Shown: positions 35,608-45,632, counted from the first letter of the stretch. The stretch: 55,945 nucleotides of DNA from Eubacteriales bacterium (GCA_045650025.1 JAZRQR010000062.1:1-55945); one strand, 5' to 3'. Notes: generated from the letters alone by a model not told the origin. Program-made: numbers and translations.

Positions 35608-36927
35608 ATGCTTCTCTATCCCCATTTTGATATCAACGACCAAGGACACCTGACCGTGGGCGGCTTGGACACGACCGAGCTGGCTGCCGAGTTTGGCACG
35701 CCGGTCAATCTCCTGGACGAAAACGCGGTGCGCGCACAGATGCGTCTGTACCTGCGCTGCGCCAGAGAATCGTTTGGTGAAAGCGCATTGCCGCTGTTTG
35801 CCTCCAAGGCGCTGTGCTGTGCGGAAATTTACCGCATTGCTGCCGAGGAAGGCATGGGCATTGACTGCGTTTCCCCCGGTGAGCTTTATATTGCAGACAG
35901 CGTAGGCTTCCCCGCAGAGCGCATTTATTTTCACGGTAACAACAAGACCGACGCGGATCTGGCGCAGGCGCTGGATATGGGCGTTGGCACGTTTGTGGTG
36001 GATAACGCCGAGGAGCTGGATTCCCTGAGCGCACAGGCACTCGCACGCGGCATGCGCGCCCGCATTCTGTTGCGCATCACCCCCGGCATTGACCCCCACA
36101 CCCACAAGGCGATCTCCACGGGCGGCGTGGATTCCAAATTCGGCTCCGCCATTTACGCAGGCATTGCCGAGCAGATGGTGCTGCGCGCACTTTCCGCTCC
36201 CGGAGTGGATCTGCAGGGATTGCATTGCCACATCGGCTCGCAGATCTTTGATGCCGAGCCCTTCCTGGAGGCGGCACAGATCATGGTTGCATTCATGGCG
36301 GATATGATACACAGGCACGGCGCAAGACTGACCGAGCTCAATCTCGGCGGCGGTCTTGGCGTGCGCTATACCGCCGAGCAGCCTACCATGGACGTACAGA
36401 GCACCATGCAGACCATCGCAGGCGCGGTCAAGGCGCTGTGCGCCGAGCACGGCATGCCCATGCCCCGCGTGATCTTAGAGCCCGGTCGCTCGATCGTGGC
36501 AGGGGCGGGCGCAACGCTCTACACCGTAGGCTCTGTCAAGCAGATCCCCGGCTTTAAGAATTACGTATCGGTGGACGGCGGCATGCCCGACAACCCCCGT
36601 TACGCGCTCTATGGGTCCCCCTATACCGCGCTGATTGCCAACAAGGCGTCCCTGCCCGCAGACTTTTGTGCCACGGTTGCCGGTCGCTGCTGCGAATCGG
36701 GCGACCTGCTCGGCGAGGGCATGATGCTGCAAAAGCCGGTACGCGGCGATATCCTTGCCATGCTGGTTACGGGTGCATACCAGCACTCCATGGCATCCAA
36801 CTATAACAAGATCCCCCGTCCTCCGCTTGTCATGATCCGGGACGGTCAGGCGCGCGTAGTCGTGCGCCGCGAGACCTACCGTGATCTGCTTGCGTATGAC
36901 GTAACCGATCCCGTTTGCACGAGGTAA
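35608..36927 (+). CDS. lysA: Diaminopimelate decarboxylase
   Basis: 439 aa. PLP-dependent ornithine/DAP decarboxylase fold: FASKAL (Lys), HCHIGSQ, GGGLG, ILEPGRSIVA, CESGD motifs. Confidence 0.93.
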   Translation: MLLYPHFDINDQGHLTVGGLDTTELAAEFGTPVNLLDENAVRAQMRLYLRCARESFGESALPLFASKALCCAEIYRIAAEEGMGIDCVSPGELYIADSVGFPAERIYFHGNNKTDADLAQALDMGVGTFVVDNAEELDSLSAQALARGMRARILLRITPGIDPHTHKAISTGGVDSKFGSAIYAGIAEQMVLRALSAPGVDLQGLHCHIGSQIFDAEPFLEAAQIMVAFMADMIHRHGARLTELNLGGGLGVRYTAEQPTMDVQSTMQTIAGAVKALCAEHGMPMPRVILEPGRSIVAGAGATLYTVGSVKQIPGFKNYVSVDGGMPDNPRYALYGSPYTALIANKASLPADFCATVAGRCCESGDLLGEGMMLQKPVRGDILAMLVTGAYQHSMASNYNKIPRPPLVMIRDGQARVVVRRETYRDLLAYDVTDPVCTR

Positions 36928-36930
36928 ATT

Positions 36931-37662
36931 ATGCTTCTCAATTTGTTACAATCGGGTCTGAGTGAAGGCTTTGGCAGCGTGGACTTCAAGCTCTCGCTGG
37001 TCTCCATCCTGCTCTCTCTCCCCATTATCATGTTTGCCCTTTCGGTACACGAGACCGCGCACGGTCTGGCGGCGTACTGGCTGGGTGACTCTACTGCCAA
37101 AAATCTTGGCAGACTGACGCTCAACCCCTTAAAGCACTTAAACCCCATGGGCTTTCTGTGCATGCTGATCGTAGGATTTGGTTGGGCAAATCCCGTGCCC
37201 ATCAACACGCGCAATTTCAAAAATCCGCGCGTTGGCATGGCGCTTTCGGGCATTGCAGGTCCTCTTTCCAATTTCCTGATCGCCACCGTCAGCTGCTTTC
37301 TCTATTTGCTGACCGAGTTTGTGCTGATCCTTTCCGGCGTGGAATCCACCGGCATCTGGATCTGGATACTGGAAAACTTTCTGTTCATGAGCACCTATCT
37401 CAACCTGGCGCTGGCAGTATTCAACCTCATTCCCGTGCCTCCGTTTGACGGCTCGCGCTTTGCATACGTGCTGCTGCCCAGCAAGTGGTACTTCAAGGTC
37501 ATGCAGTACGAGCGCTACACCGGCATTGTGCTGCTCGTGATTCTGATGGTGTGCTCCCGTCTGGGCTTTTCGCCCGTCGGCATTGTGGTCGAATTTTTGC
37601 TTGGCATTCTGGAAGCAATTCTCGCGTTCCCCTTAAATCTGATTCTTACCCTGATTTTATGA
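36931..37662 (+). CDS. Site-2 protease family (M50) membrane metalloprotease
   Basis: HETAHGLAAYWLGD HExxH motif in a TM helix, NLIPVPPFDGS second motif, polytopic membrane protein. Confidence 0.8.
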   Translation: MLLNLLQSGLSEGFGSVDFKLSLVSILLSLPIIMFALSVHETAHGLAAYWLGDSTAKNLGRLTLNPLKHLNPMGFLCMLIVGFGWANPVPINTRNFKNPRVGMALSGIAGPLSNFLIATVSCFLYLLTEFVLILSGVESTGIWIWILENFLFMSTYLNLALAVFNLIPVPPFDGSRFAYVLLPSKWYFKVMQYERYTGIVLLVILMVCSRLGFSPVGIVVEFLLGILEAILAFPLNLILTLIL

Positions 37663-37677
37663 TAACGGCGGTGACTC

Positions 37678-38472
37678 ATGGCTGAACTCAAATATAAAAT
37701 TGAATCATTTGACTTTGAAGGCCCGCTGGATCTGCTGCTGACGCTGATCCAGAAAAACAAGGTCAGCATTGAGGATATTCCCATCTCGCTGATCTGCGAC
37801 CAGTACCTCGCGTACATTCGCGAGGCGAAAAAGCTGGATCTGGAGGTCGCTTCGGAATTTTTGGTCATGGCAAGCGAGCTGATCCTGATCAAGACCAAGA
37901 TGCTGTTGCCACGCGACGAAAAGGCGGACGAAAAGGACCCCCGAGCCGAGCTGGCAGACGCGCTGCTGAAATACCAGCAAGCCAAGGAGGGCGCGGCAAA
38001 GCTCAAGCTGCGCTATGACAAATACGTGGGGCGTATGGTCAAGGATACCGACGAAATTTCGGTAGACAAGACATTTGTGGACGACCAGCAGGTCACCAGC
38101 CTCTGCGCGGCGGTGCGACGCATCATTGCCTACAACGAAGCCAACGACGGCAAGGAAAAGGTGGTATTTACCCCCATGATCGCCAAGCCCATCGTGCCGG
38201 TCGAGGCAAAGATCGTGGGCATTTTACACCGCATGAAGAAAAAGGAATGGACGCAGATCGAGGAGCTGCTCTCGGATTCGGTGTCGCACGCCGATATGAT
38301 CGCTATTTTCTTAGGCGTTCTCGAGCTGCTCAAGGTACGCGACGTACTGCTTGACGATGAGGATGCCGACGAGCATTCGATCTATCGCTCGGGTGCAAGA
38401 CTGCGCATCAATCCCATTCCCGCCGATCAAAGACAGCCCCAAAACCAGAACAGTGAGGTGCAAGAGCAATGA
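37678..38472 (+). CDS. scpA: Segregation and condensation protein A
   Basis: FEGPLDLLLTLIQKNKVSIEDIPISLICDQYL kleisin N-terminus. 264 aa. Followed by scpB. Confidence 0.9.
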   Translation: MAELKYKIESFDFEGPLDLLLTLIQKNKVSIEDIPISLICDQYLAYIREAKKLDLEVASEFLVMASELILIKTKMLLPRDEKADEKDPRAELADALLKYQQAKEGAAKLKLRYDKYVGRMVKDTDEISVDKTFVDDQQVTSLCAAVRRIIAYNEANDGKEKVVFTPMIAKPIVPVEAKIVGILHRMKKKEWTQIEELLSDSVSHADMIAIFLGVLELLKVRDVLLDDEDADEHSIYRSGARLRINPIPADQRQPQNQNSEVQEQ

Positions 38473-39122
38473 ACGAACAACAAACTCCGACCATTTCGGA
38501 TATCGGCGAAGCCATTGAGGCAATCCTCTTTGCCGCAGGATATCCCGTTAAATACGATAAGCTTGCCGAGGTACTGGGTCTTTCCGCCTCCGACGTGCGC
38601 CTGTTTTGCGAGCACATGGCAAGCGAATACCAAAACGCCGGCAGAGGCATCCTGATGCTTTGCCTGCCCGAGACCTGCCAGCTGACCACCAAGGAGCAAT
38701 ATATGCCCTATATCCGTGAGGCGCTGGGCATCAAGCGCGGCGGCAACCTGTCCGCCTCCTCCATGGAGGTGCTTGCCATCGTTGCCTACAACCAGCCTGT
38801 TACCCGCGCTTACGTGGACGCGGTGCGCGGCGTAGACAGCTCGTATGCCGTTGGTTCCTTGCTTGACAAGAACCTGATCGAGGCTTGCGGCAGAATGGAC
38901 GCACCCGGTCGTCCCATGCTGTACGTCACCACCGACAAATTCCTGCGCGTATTCGGTCTGAATTCGCTCTCCGAGCTGCCCGAGACCGAGGCGCTGAGCA
39001 TTGCAGCCGCGCAAGCGGAGCAGGTGTCGATGGAGATCGAGGTCGAGACTCCTGCCGAGGAGCCGCTGCCCGAGGGCGAATACACCGAGGTTGCCGAGGA
39101 CGACAGCCGCGCCGAGGTCTGA
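38469..39122 (+). CDS. scpB: Segregation and condensation protein B
   Basis: IEAILFAAGYPV...LSASSMEVLAIVAYNQPVTRAYVDAVRGVDS...GRPMLYVTTDKFL. Confidence 0.9.
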   Translation: MNEQQTPTISDIGEAIEAILFAAGYPVKYDKLAEVLGLSASDVRLFCEHMASEYQNAGRGILMLCLPETCQLTTKEQYMPYIREALGIKRGGNLSASSMEVLAIVAYNQPVTRAYVDAVRGVDSSYAVGSLLDKNLIEACGRMDAPGRPMLYVTTDKFLRVFGLNSLSELPETEALSIAAAQAEQVSMEIEVETPAEEPLPEGEYTEVAEDDSRAEV

Positions 39123-39156
39123 TTTCCCATACCATTTTTTCGGAAAGGAGGCTGCC

Positions 39157-39933
39157 ATGCCACTCGGACTCAAGATCGCGTTGGTCGTGCTTGCCGCAAT
39201 CGCACTTGTGGTGCTGGCACTGGTGCTGGCGCTGCTTGCGCTGCGCATCAAGATCAAGATCGGCTATTGCGACACGCTGCTGTTCAAGCTATACGTAGGC
39301 GGAATTTTGGTAGTCTCTCTGCCCCGTCCGCCCAAGAAGCTGCGCAGATTGCGCACCTATACCAAAAAGAAGGCGGAGCGCGCCGCCCAAAAATACGCGC
39401 GCCGTCCCCAGGACCGCTTGGAATCCATACGGCAAAACGCGCTTTACCGTGCGCTGATGCAAAAGCGCGCCGAGAGCAAGGCTGCCAAAAAGCAAGCCCC
39501 TGCCCCTAAGGCGGAAAAGCCCAAGCCCCAAAAGAGCGAGGGCAAGCTGGATATTGAAGTATTGCTTTGCATGATCCGCGAGATGATCGAGGCATTCTTC
39601 GAGGGTACGCGCAAGGGACTGCACGTGCACGTCTGCCGCCTGCACTTAGACGTGGTGGGCAAAGACGCCGCACAAACCGCCCTCATTTGCGGCGCTGTCT
39701 GGGCTGCACTTGCCGATCTGCTTGCCGTGCTGGACGCACACACCGTGCTGCGCGTGCGCAAGACCGACGTGGACATCCGCCCCGATTACGCAGGCGAGAT
39801 GACACGCACCGACTTTATGCTGGTCGTGTCCTTCAGCGTCTTCCGCACCCTGCACACGCTGCTTTCCCTGATCCCCGTGGTGCTGCGCCACAAGGATCAC
39901 CTTATCACCAAGAAACCCGAAAACGCGAAATAA
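39157..39933 (+). CDS. DUF2953-like membrane protein (YtfI-like, sporulation-associated)
   Basis: ORF trimmed to the ATG at 39157 (RBS AAAGGAGG). N-terminal TM helix, basic linker. Position directly upstream of ytfJ, as in Bacillus ytfI-ytfJ. Confidence 0.65.
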   Translation: MPLGLKIALVVLAAIALVVLALVLALLALRIKIKIGYCDTLLFKLYVGGILVVSLPRPPKKLRRLRTYTKKKAERAAQKYARRPQDRLESIRQNALYRALMQKRAESKAAKKQAPAPKAEKPKPQKSEGKLDIEVLLCMIREMIEAFFEGTRKGLHVHVCRLHLDVVGKDAAQTALICGAVWAALADLLAVLDAHTVLRVRKTDVDIRPDYAGEMTRTDFMLVVSFSVFRTLHTLLSLIPVVLRHKDHLITKKPENAK

Positions 39934-39966
39934 ATTGATTTTTCATATACGAAAGGAACTGTTAGT

Positions 39967-40419
39967 ATGTCTGAGAACAACAAGATCCAAGAAATCATCA
40001 AGGAATCCCTTGAAAACATCCGCACCATCATTGACGCCAACACGGTGATCGGCACGCCCATGGAGACCTCCAACGGCGTTACCATCATTCCCGTATCCAA
40101 GATCTCCATGGGCTTTGCTTCGGGCGGTCTGGATTTTGACGGCAAAAAGGATGCATCTGCCAAGAACTTCGGCGGTGGCGGCGGCACCGGTCTTTCGGTA
40201 CAGCCCGTGGGCTTCCTGGTTGTTTCCCACGAGGGTCGTGTCGAGATGATCAACGTCGGTCAGAAGGCGCCCAAGGATACGATTGAGCAGGTGGCGGATC
40301 TGCTGGAACGCACCCCCGACATCGTATATCGCCTTAAGAACATCTTTGACAAGTTTGCAGAGATGAAGCAGGACGGCGAGCCCCAGCCCGCCATCGAAAC
40401 CGAAAAAGAAGCGGAATAA
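39967..40419 (+). CDS. ytfJ: Sporulation protein YtfJ (GerW family)
   Basis: VIGTPMETSNGVTIIPVSKISMGFASGG...GGGGGTGLSVQPVGFLVV. 150 aa. Confidence 0.85.
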   Translation: MSENNKIQEIIKESLENIRTIIDANTVIGTPMETSNGVTIIPVSKISMGFASGGLDFDGKKDASAKNFGGGGGTGLSVQPVGFLVVSHEGRVEMINVGQKAPKDTIEQVADLLERTPDIVYRLKNIFDKFAEMKQDGEPQPAIETEKEAE

Positions 40420-40477
40420 GACATACACCCCTCTATAGCACCGTATATTGTAGTATCACGGTCACAATGGGGGTACT

Positions 40478-41647
40478 ATGCAATTACATCCGATCTTGCG
40501 CACCTTATGTGCGTTGCTTTGCCTTGCGCTGTGCGCGCTGAGCAGCTTTTTGCCGATCCATGCCCAAAGCACCGACACGGCATTGCCCGCATCGGTTGGT
40601 GCCGGGGCTGCCGTACTGATCGACGCCGATAGCGGACAGGTGCTGTTCGAGCAGCACGCGCATACCCGCATGCCCATGGCGTCCACCACCAAGATCATAA
40701 CCGCCCTGGTCGTGCTGGAGCGGTGTGCGCTGCAGCAGACGGTATGCGTGGACGCACACGCCGTGGGCGTGGAGGGCTCTTCGGTCTACCTCTATCCGGG
40801 CGAGCGCCTGACGGTGGAGCAGCTGCTGTATGCACTCATGCTCTCCTCTGCTAACGATGCCGCCGCTGCACTGGCATACGAGGTGGCAGGCAGCGTGGAG
40901 GGCTTTGCTGCGCTGATGAACCAAAAGGCTGCAGAGATCGGCGTACAAAACACGCATTTTCAAAATCCGCACGGGCTGGACGCAGACGGACACTACACCA
41001 CCGCCTACGACCTTGCCGTGATCACGGCGTACGCCTTGCAGAATGAGGCGTTTTTGCGCATCGTTTCCACCACTAAAAAGGTCATTCCCCTGCGCGAGCA
41101 GCAAGGGGCGCGTGTGCTGCGCAATCATAACAAGCTGCTCTCCTCGCTGGACGGCTGCATCGGTGTCAAGACCGGCTTTACCAAAAAGAGCGGTCGGTGC
41201 TTAGTCAGCGCTGCCGAGCGCGAGGGCGTGCGCCTTGTGTGCGTTACGCTGGATTGCCCCGACGACTGGCGCACCCATACCGCATTGCACGAGGGCGGCT
41301 TTGCCACCTACGAGCGCGTGACGCTCTCGGAGCACGGCGCGTACCTTGCGTCTGTTCCCGTTGTGGGCGGCACGCAAAACGAGCTGTACCTACAGACCGA
41401 TTCGGACGTATCGCTCACCCTGCCGCGCAAGCGCGGTAACATCACCTGCACGATCCATGCACCGCACGTTTCCTATGCCCCCATCCGGGCGGGCGAGGCA
41501 ATTGGCGAGGCGATATGGTCACTGAACGGCGAGGTGATCGCCCGTCAGCCGCTGTATGCGGCATACGGCATTGATCAAATCCAACACGTGCGCACGCCGT
41601 TTTCATGGCTGCGCAAGCTACTCTATATAATAAAGGAAATTTTATGA
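40478..41647 (+). CDS. D-alanyl-D-alanine carboxypeptidase (peptidase S11, DacB-like)
   Basis: Signal peptide. MASTTKIITA (SxxK), SSAND (SxN), KTGFT (KTG) motifs. 389 aa. Confidence 0.85.
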   Translation: MQLHPILRTLCALLCLALCALSSFLPIHAQSTDTALPASVGAGAAVLIDADSGQVLFEQHAHTRMPMASTTKIITALVVLERCALQQTVCVDAHAVGVEGSSVYLYPGERLTVEQLLYALMLSSANDAAAALAYEVAGSVEGFAALMNQKAAEIGVQNTHFQNPHGLDADGHYTTAYDLAVITAYALQNEAFLRIVSTTKKVIPLREQQGARVLRNHNKLLSSLDGCIGVKTGFTKKSGRCLVSAAEREGVRLVCVTLDCPDDWRTHTALHEGGFATYERVTLSEHGAYLASVPVVGGTQNELYLQTDSDVSLTLPRKRGNITCTIHAPHVSYAPIRAGEAIGEAIWSLNGEVIARQPLYAAYGIDQIQHVRTPFSWLRKLLYIIKEIL

Positions 41648-42378
41648 ACGAACCGATCAGACTTGCAAAATACTTTACCGATTGCGGCGTGCTTTCGCGC
41701 CGTGCGGCAGAGGAAGAAATTAAAAAGGGTCGCGTCAAGGTCAACGGCACCATTGCCGAGCTGGGTCAAAAGATCACCCCCGGAAAGGACGTAGTGGAAT
41801 ACGCAGGCAAGCGCATTCTGCCCTCCAAGCAATCGGGCAAGGTCTATTTGATGCTCAACAAGCCGCGCGGCTTTGTGACCACCATGTCGGACGAAAAGGG
41901 ACGCCCCACCGTTGCGGAGCTGACGCGAAGCATTGGCACGCGCGTCTATCCCGTAGGCAGACTGGACATGGACTCCTCGGGACTGTTGCTCATGACCATC
42001 GACGGTGAGCTTGCCAACCGCCTGACCCACCCTCGCCATGACATTCCCAAGATCTACCACGTGCTGGTGGCAGGTCGCCCCACCACCGCACAAATGACCG
42101 GGCTGGGTGCCCCCACCGAGCTGGACGGTTACCTGACCCAGCCTATCCGCGTGCGCAAGCTTGCCGAGGGCGAGCACGAAACGCTCCTCGAAATGACGCT
42201 TTACGAAGGCAGAAACCGCCAGATCCGCCGCATTTGCGAGCTGCAAAACCTGCGAGTGAAACAGCTGGTGCGCGTGGCGATCGGTGAGGTGGAGCTTGGT
42301 GAGCTTGCCGAGGGCAAGTACGTGCGCCTGAGCGGCAACCAGATTGCTTACCTGAAAGGAGAACGCGACCATGTTTGA
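41644..42378 (+). CDS. rluB: 23S rRNA pseudouridine synthase RluB-type (S4 domain plus RsuA family)
   Basis: Trimmed to the ATG at 41644 (MNEPIRLAKYFTDCGVLSRRAAEEEIKKGRVKVNG S4 domain). VGRLDMDSSGLLLMT catalytic Asp motif. Confidence 0.88.
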   Translation: MNEPIRLAKYFTDCGVLSRRAAEEEIKKGRVKVNGTIAELGQKITPGKDVVEYAGKRILPSKQSGKVYLMLNKPRGFVTTMSDEKGRPTVAELTRSIGTRVYPVGRLDMDSSGLLLMTIDGELANRLTHPRHDIPKIYHVLVAGRPTTAQMTGLGAPTELDGYLTQPIRVRKLAEGEHETLLEMTLYEGRNRQIRRICELQNLRVKQLVRVAIGEVELGELAEGKYVRLSGNQIAYLKGERDHV

Positions 42379-42763
42379 GGTAAAACCCATTCAGGACAAG
42401 CCCACGCAGGAAAAGATCTGCCATCTTTGCGGCGTGGAATACCTTGCCGAGGATTTTTGCTACAGCGTATGGGATGAGGGCGAATTTGCAGGCGTTTGCC
42501 AGTTTAACATCTACGCCGACCACGGCGAGCTGCACTCGCTGATTTCCCTGCCCGATGCCGATGCATTCCAGGCAATGTTCACGGCAGGTCGCGCTGCACT
42601 CAACTTTATAGATTTGTGTGACGTACATCTGGCATACTACACAGGCACGGTACAGGACGAGACGCTGATCAAGGCGATCGGCTTCCGTCAGAGCCCGGAG
42701 GGGCGTTGGGAGATGGATCTGACCGGATTTTTCACCAAGCCCTGCTCCTGCAAAGCAGAATAA
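42371..42763 (+). CDS. Hypothetical 130-aa protein
   Basis: ORF overlaps the rluB end by 8 nt. No motif recognised. Coding-like composition. Confidence 0.5.
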   Translation: MFEVKPIQDKPTQEKICHLCGVEYLAEDFCYSVWDEGEFAGVCQFNIYADHGELHSLISLPDADAFQAMFTAGRAALNFIDLCDVHLAYYTGTVQDETLIKAIGFRQSPEGRWEMDLTGFFTKPCSCKAE

Positions 42764-42818
42764 AAAAATAATAAAATATAAAAAAATAAAAAAATAATAA
42801 AAAATAAGGAGAATTACC

Positions 42819-43661
42819 ATGAGAAACATCTTATCCGCAATCCTGATCGCAGCTCTGCTGATCAGCTGCCTGTCCATTTGCGTTTTCGCAGAGGAAGAGA
42901 CCACCGAGGCAGAAACCGAAGCAGCAAGCGCACAGGCACCCAACCACATCGTGTTCAATTCCGAAATCACCGGCAAGAAGAACATCATTCTGAATGCCAA
43001 CCACATGGTCAAGGGAACGGGCAGCGTTTCCAAGTCCAACGAATGGAAAGGCATCAAGATGGAGATCGACAACGCTGAGGACCCCCACATTGGTCTGGAC
43101 ATCTCCAAGTTCTTCAAGCGCTTTGAATTCGAATCTCTGACCGTTGAGGCAGCTCCTTTTGTCGTAATCAAGGTGCTTGCCGAGGAGATCTTGTTTGACG
43201 ATTTCGAGATCTACTATTGCGCAGGCGACGTTCTCAACTTTTCCGAGGACTACAAGACCAGCAGCGATTTCGTTCACGACAACGGCAACGGCGAGCTCTT
43301 CTTTGTCTACGACCTGACCGACGATGCAGAGGGTCAGTACAGAACCTTCCGCGTTGACATTACAGGCGCTGAAGAGGGTGCTGTGATGTACCTGACCGAC
43401 ATCGTGTTCTTCGCAAGCGAGGAAGAGGCTCTGGAATGGTGCGGCTACAACGAGGAAGCCGAAGAAACCACCACGGAGCAGGTCACCGAGGAGCAGACCG
43501 AAGCAGAGACCGAGCAGGAATCCGCAGAGGAAACCACCAAGAAGCCCGCAACCACCACCAAGGTGGAAGAGGAAAAGGGCTGCGGCAGCGTCATCGGCGC
43601 AGGTCTTGTAACCGTTTCTCTGCTCGCACTGGGTGTTGCTTGCACCAAGAAGAAGGACTGA
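42819..43661 (+). CDS. Secreted acidic protein with a C-terminal Cys-containing membrane anchor
   Basis: Signal peptide MRNILSAILIAALLISCLSICVFA. RBS AAGGAG. Glu/Thr-rich linker then GCGS-TM-KKKD at the C-terminus. Confidence 0.7.
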   Translation: MRNILSAILIAALLISCLSICVFAEEETTEAETEAASAQAPNHIVFNSEITGKKNIILNANHMVKGTGSVSKSNEWKGIKMEIDNAEDPHIGLDISKFFKRFEFESLTVEAAPFVVIKVLAEEILFDDFEIYYCAGDVLNFSEDYKTSSDFVHDNGNGELFFVYDLTDDAEGQYRTFRVDITGAEEGAVMYLTDIVFFASEEEALEWCGYNEEAEETTTEQVTEEQTEAETEQESAEETTKKPATTTKVEEEKGCGSVIGAGLVTVSLLALGVACTKKKD

Positions 43662-43687
43662 TTCAAAACCTTATCCATACATAAATG

Positions 43688-43720
43688 AAATCGGCAGAGG
43701 AAACCCTCTGCCGATTTTTA
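43688..43720. terminator. Bidirectional rho-independent terminator between convergent genes
   Basis: 13-bp stem AAATCGGCAGAGG/CCTCTGCCGATTT with A-run and T-run flanks. Confidence 0.8.
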
Positions 43721-43725
43721 TTGTG

Positions 43726-45447
43726 TTACTTGATCAGGTGTCTCTTGATCTTCTTGGACGTGGTCTTTTCAAACTCGGTCTTGCGCAGCTCGATCAAGCC
43801 GACCTGCTTAAAGCTGGGCAGCTCGCGGTTGATGGCGCGGATGGAAGCCAGAATGGTTGCGCTGACGTTTTCGTCCGAGCAGTCTGCTCCGAACTTCTCA
43901 TAGTTGGGATAGATCACCGCCACAAGCGCAGTAGGCGTGTTCTCGTCAGCCTTTCTGCCCACGACCACGCACTCAGCAACCGTATCCAGCGTGCTAAGGT
44001 ATTCCTCAATCTCCTCGGGGAATACGTTCTTGCCGTTATCCAGCACGATAACCGACTTGCATCTGCCCGTGATGTAGTAGTAGCCCTGCTCGTCCGCATA
44101 TCCTACGTCACCCGTGCGGAACCAGCCGTCGTCGGTAAACACAGCCGCATTTGCCTCGGGATTTTGGTAATAGCCCAGCATGACGTTGCTGCCCTTGACC
44201 TGGATCTCACCCTCGCGATAGCCCTTTTCATTCTTGGCATAGCCGGTGGTATCCAGGCGCAGATTGCAGCTGCTCACGGGTACACCGATCGCGCCGGGCT
44301 TGGGCGCAAAGAAGGGGTTGAGCGTGGTCAAGGGAGAGCATTCGGTAATGCCGCAGCCCTCATAGACCGTAATACCAAAGCTATCAAAGGTGTGGATGAG
44401 CGCGGGATTGAGCTTTGCGCCGCCGCAAATGATGGTGCGCAGATTGCCGCCAAAGGCGTTATGCACGTCCGCGAACAGCTTGCGGCGCATATCCACGCCG
44501 GTCTTGCGCATCGCGTCCGATGCCTTCATAGCAGCACGCAGCGTCTTTGCCTTTCCCTTTTTCTCTGCCTCTGCCCATACCTTTTTCTCCATGGTGTCAA
44601 GGAACAGGGGCACCAGCGTCATAATGGTGGGCTTGAAGCGGTTCATGTTCTTGACCACGTGACGCAGCTTGTCGTTGATGCATACGGTCATACCGAGCAA
44701 CAGCTCTGCCTGCAGGCACATCAGCTCGTAGGTGTGGTGCACGGGCAGTACGCTTAAGGAAACGTCGTCGGGCGTCATGTTGATGTACTGCATTGCCGCG
44801 TTGACCGTGGAATAAATATTCTGCTGGCTGAGCATGACGCACTTGGAGGAGCCTGTCGTGCCCGAGGTAAACAGCATTTGTGCCATTTTGGAGCGATCCT
44901 GAATGCGCGGCAGCGCCCAGCCCTGCTCTGCGCGCTCAGCACCCAATGCCAGCACCTTATCATATGCCGTCACCTTCCGGCAATCGCCACGCTCGGACAC
45001 CATGGGAATATAATGCTTAAGGGTGGGGTGGTTCTCCATCGCGCCGTCAAATTTACTGTTGAAGGATTCCCCATAGATGACTGCCTCGGCATCGACCGAT
45101 GCGATAAACTGCTCGATCTGATCCTGTGCGACCTCCTTATCCATGGGAATGATCACGCTATCCATTGCCAGCACGGCAACGTACGCGCTCAGCCACTTGG
45201 GACTGTTCTCACCGATCAGCGCAATTCTCTTTCCGGAAAGACCCAGCGCAGCAAGTCCTGCTGCCACGTGCAAGATCTGATCGCAAAAGCTTGCGTAGGA
45301 CAGCTGCTTGACCTTGCCGCCCTCAATATAGCGCAGCGCGGTTCTGTCTCCGTGTGCGCGCATAGCGGCATACAGATCCCCTGCATCCCAGATCTTGGGA
45401 CAATAGTTTGCAGACGCCTGCTCGGAATTTCTATACTTTGCCATCAT
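43726..45447 (-). CDS. Long-chain fatty acid--CoA ligase (AMP-forming, FadD-like)
   Basis: FTSGTTGSSKCVMLSQQN AMP-binding motif, YGITE-like GCGITECS, GWFRTGDVGY. 573 aa. Confidence 0.85.
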   Translation of the reverse strand: MMAKYRNSEQASANYCPKIWDAGDLYAAMRAHGDRTALRYIEGGKVKQLSYASFCDQILHVAAGLAALGLSGKRIALIGENSPKWLSAYVAVLAMDSVIIPMDKEVAQDQIEQFIASVDAEAVIYGESFNSKFDGAMENHPTLKHYIPMVSERGDCRKVTAYDKVLALGAERAEQGWALPRIQDRSKMAQMLFTSGTTGSSKCVMLSQQNIYSTVNAAMQYINMTPDDVSLSVLPVHHTYELMCLQAELLLGMTVCINDKLRHVVKNMNRFKPTIMTLVPLFLDTMEKKVWAEAEKKGKAKTLRAAMKASDAMRKTGVDMRRKLFADVHNAFGGNLRTIICGGAKLNPALIHTFDSFGITVYEGCGITECSPLTTLNPFFAPKPGAIGVPVSSCNLRLDTTGYAKNEKGYREGEIQVKGSNVMLGYYQNPEANAAVFTDDGWFRTGDVGYADEQGYYYITGRCKSVIVLDNGKNVFPEEIEEYLSTLDTVAECVVVGRKADENTPTALVAVIYPNYEKFGADCSDENVSATILASIRAINRELPSFKQVGLIELRKTEFEKTTSKKIKRHLIK

Positions 45448-45482
45448 TGTATCCTCTTTTCGTACCGTTTTGATTTTTGAAT

Positions 45483-45511
45483 ATTATAATGACCGTATGC
45501 CACTTTGTCAA
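45483..45511 (-). promoter_or_regulatory. Sigma-A type promoter for the acyl-CoA ligase gene
   Basis: Minus-sense TTGACA, 17 nt, TATAAT. Confidence 0.6.
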
Positions 45512-45549
45512 GCGGGTTGCATATTTGTTCACAATTCCGCCTATGTAAT

Positions 45550-45563
45550 GTTACAATTGTAAC
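45550..45563. promoter_or_regulatory. Perfect 14-bp palindrome GTTACAATTGTAAC (candidate operator)
   Basis: Lies between the divergent promoters at 45483..45511 and 45633..45661. Confidence 0.4.
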
Positions 45564-45632
45564 TCTTCGCATCATGAAAGAATGATCCGCGCATTTTTTT
45601 GCGAAGTCCGATCGTTTTCTTGCGCTTACTTA

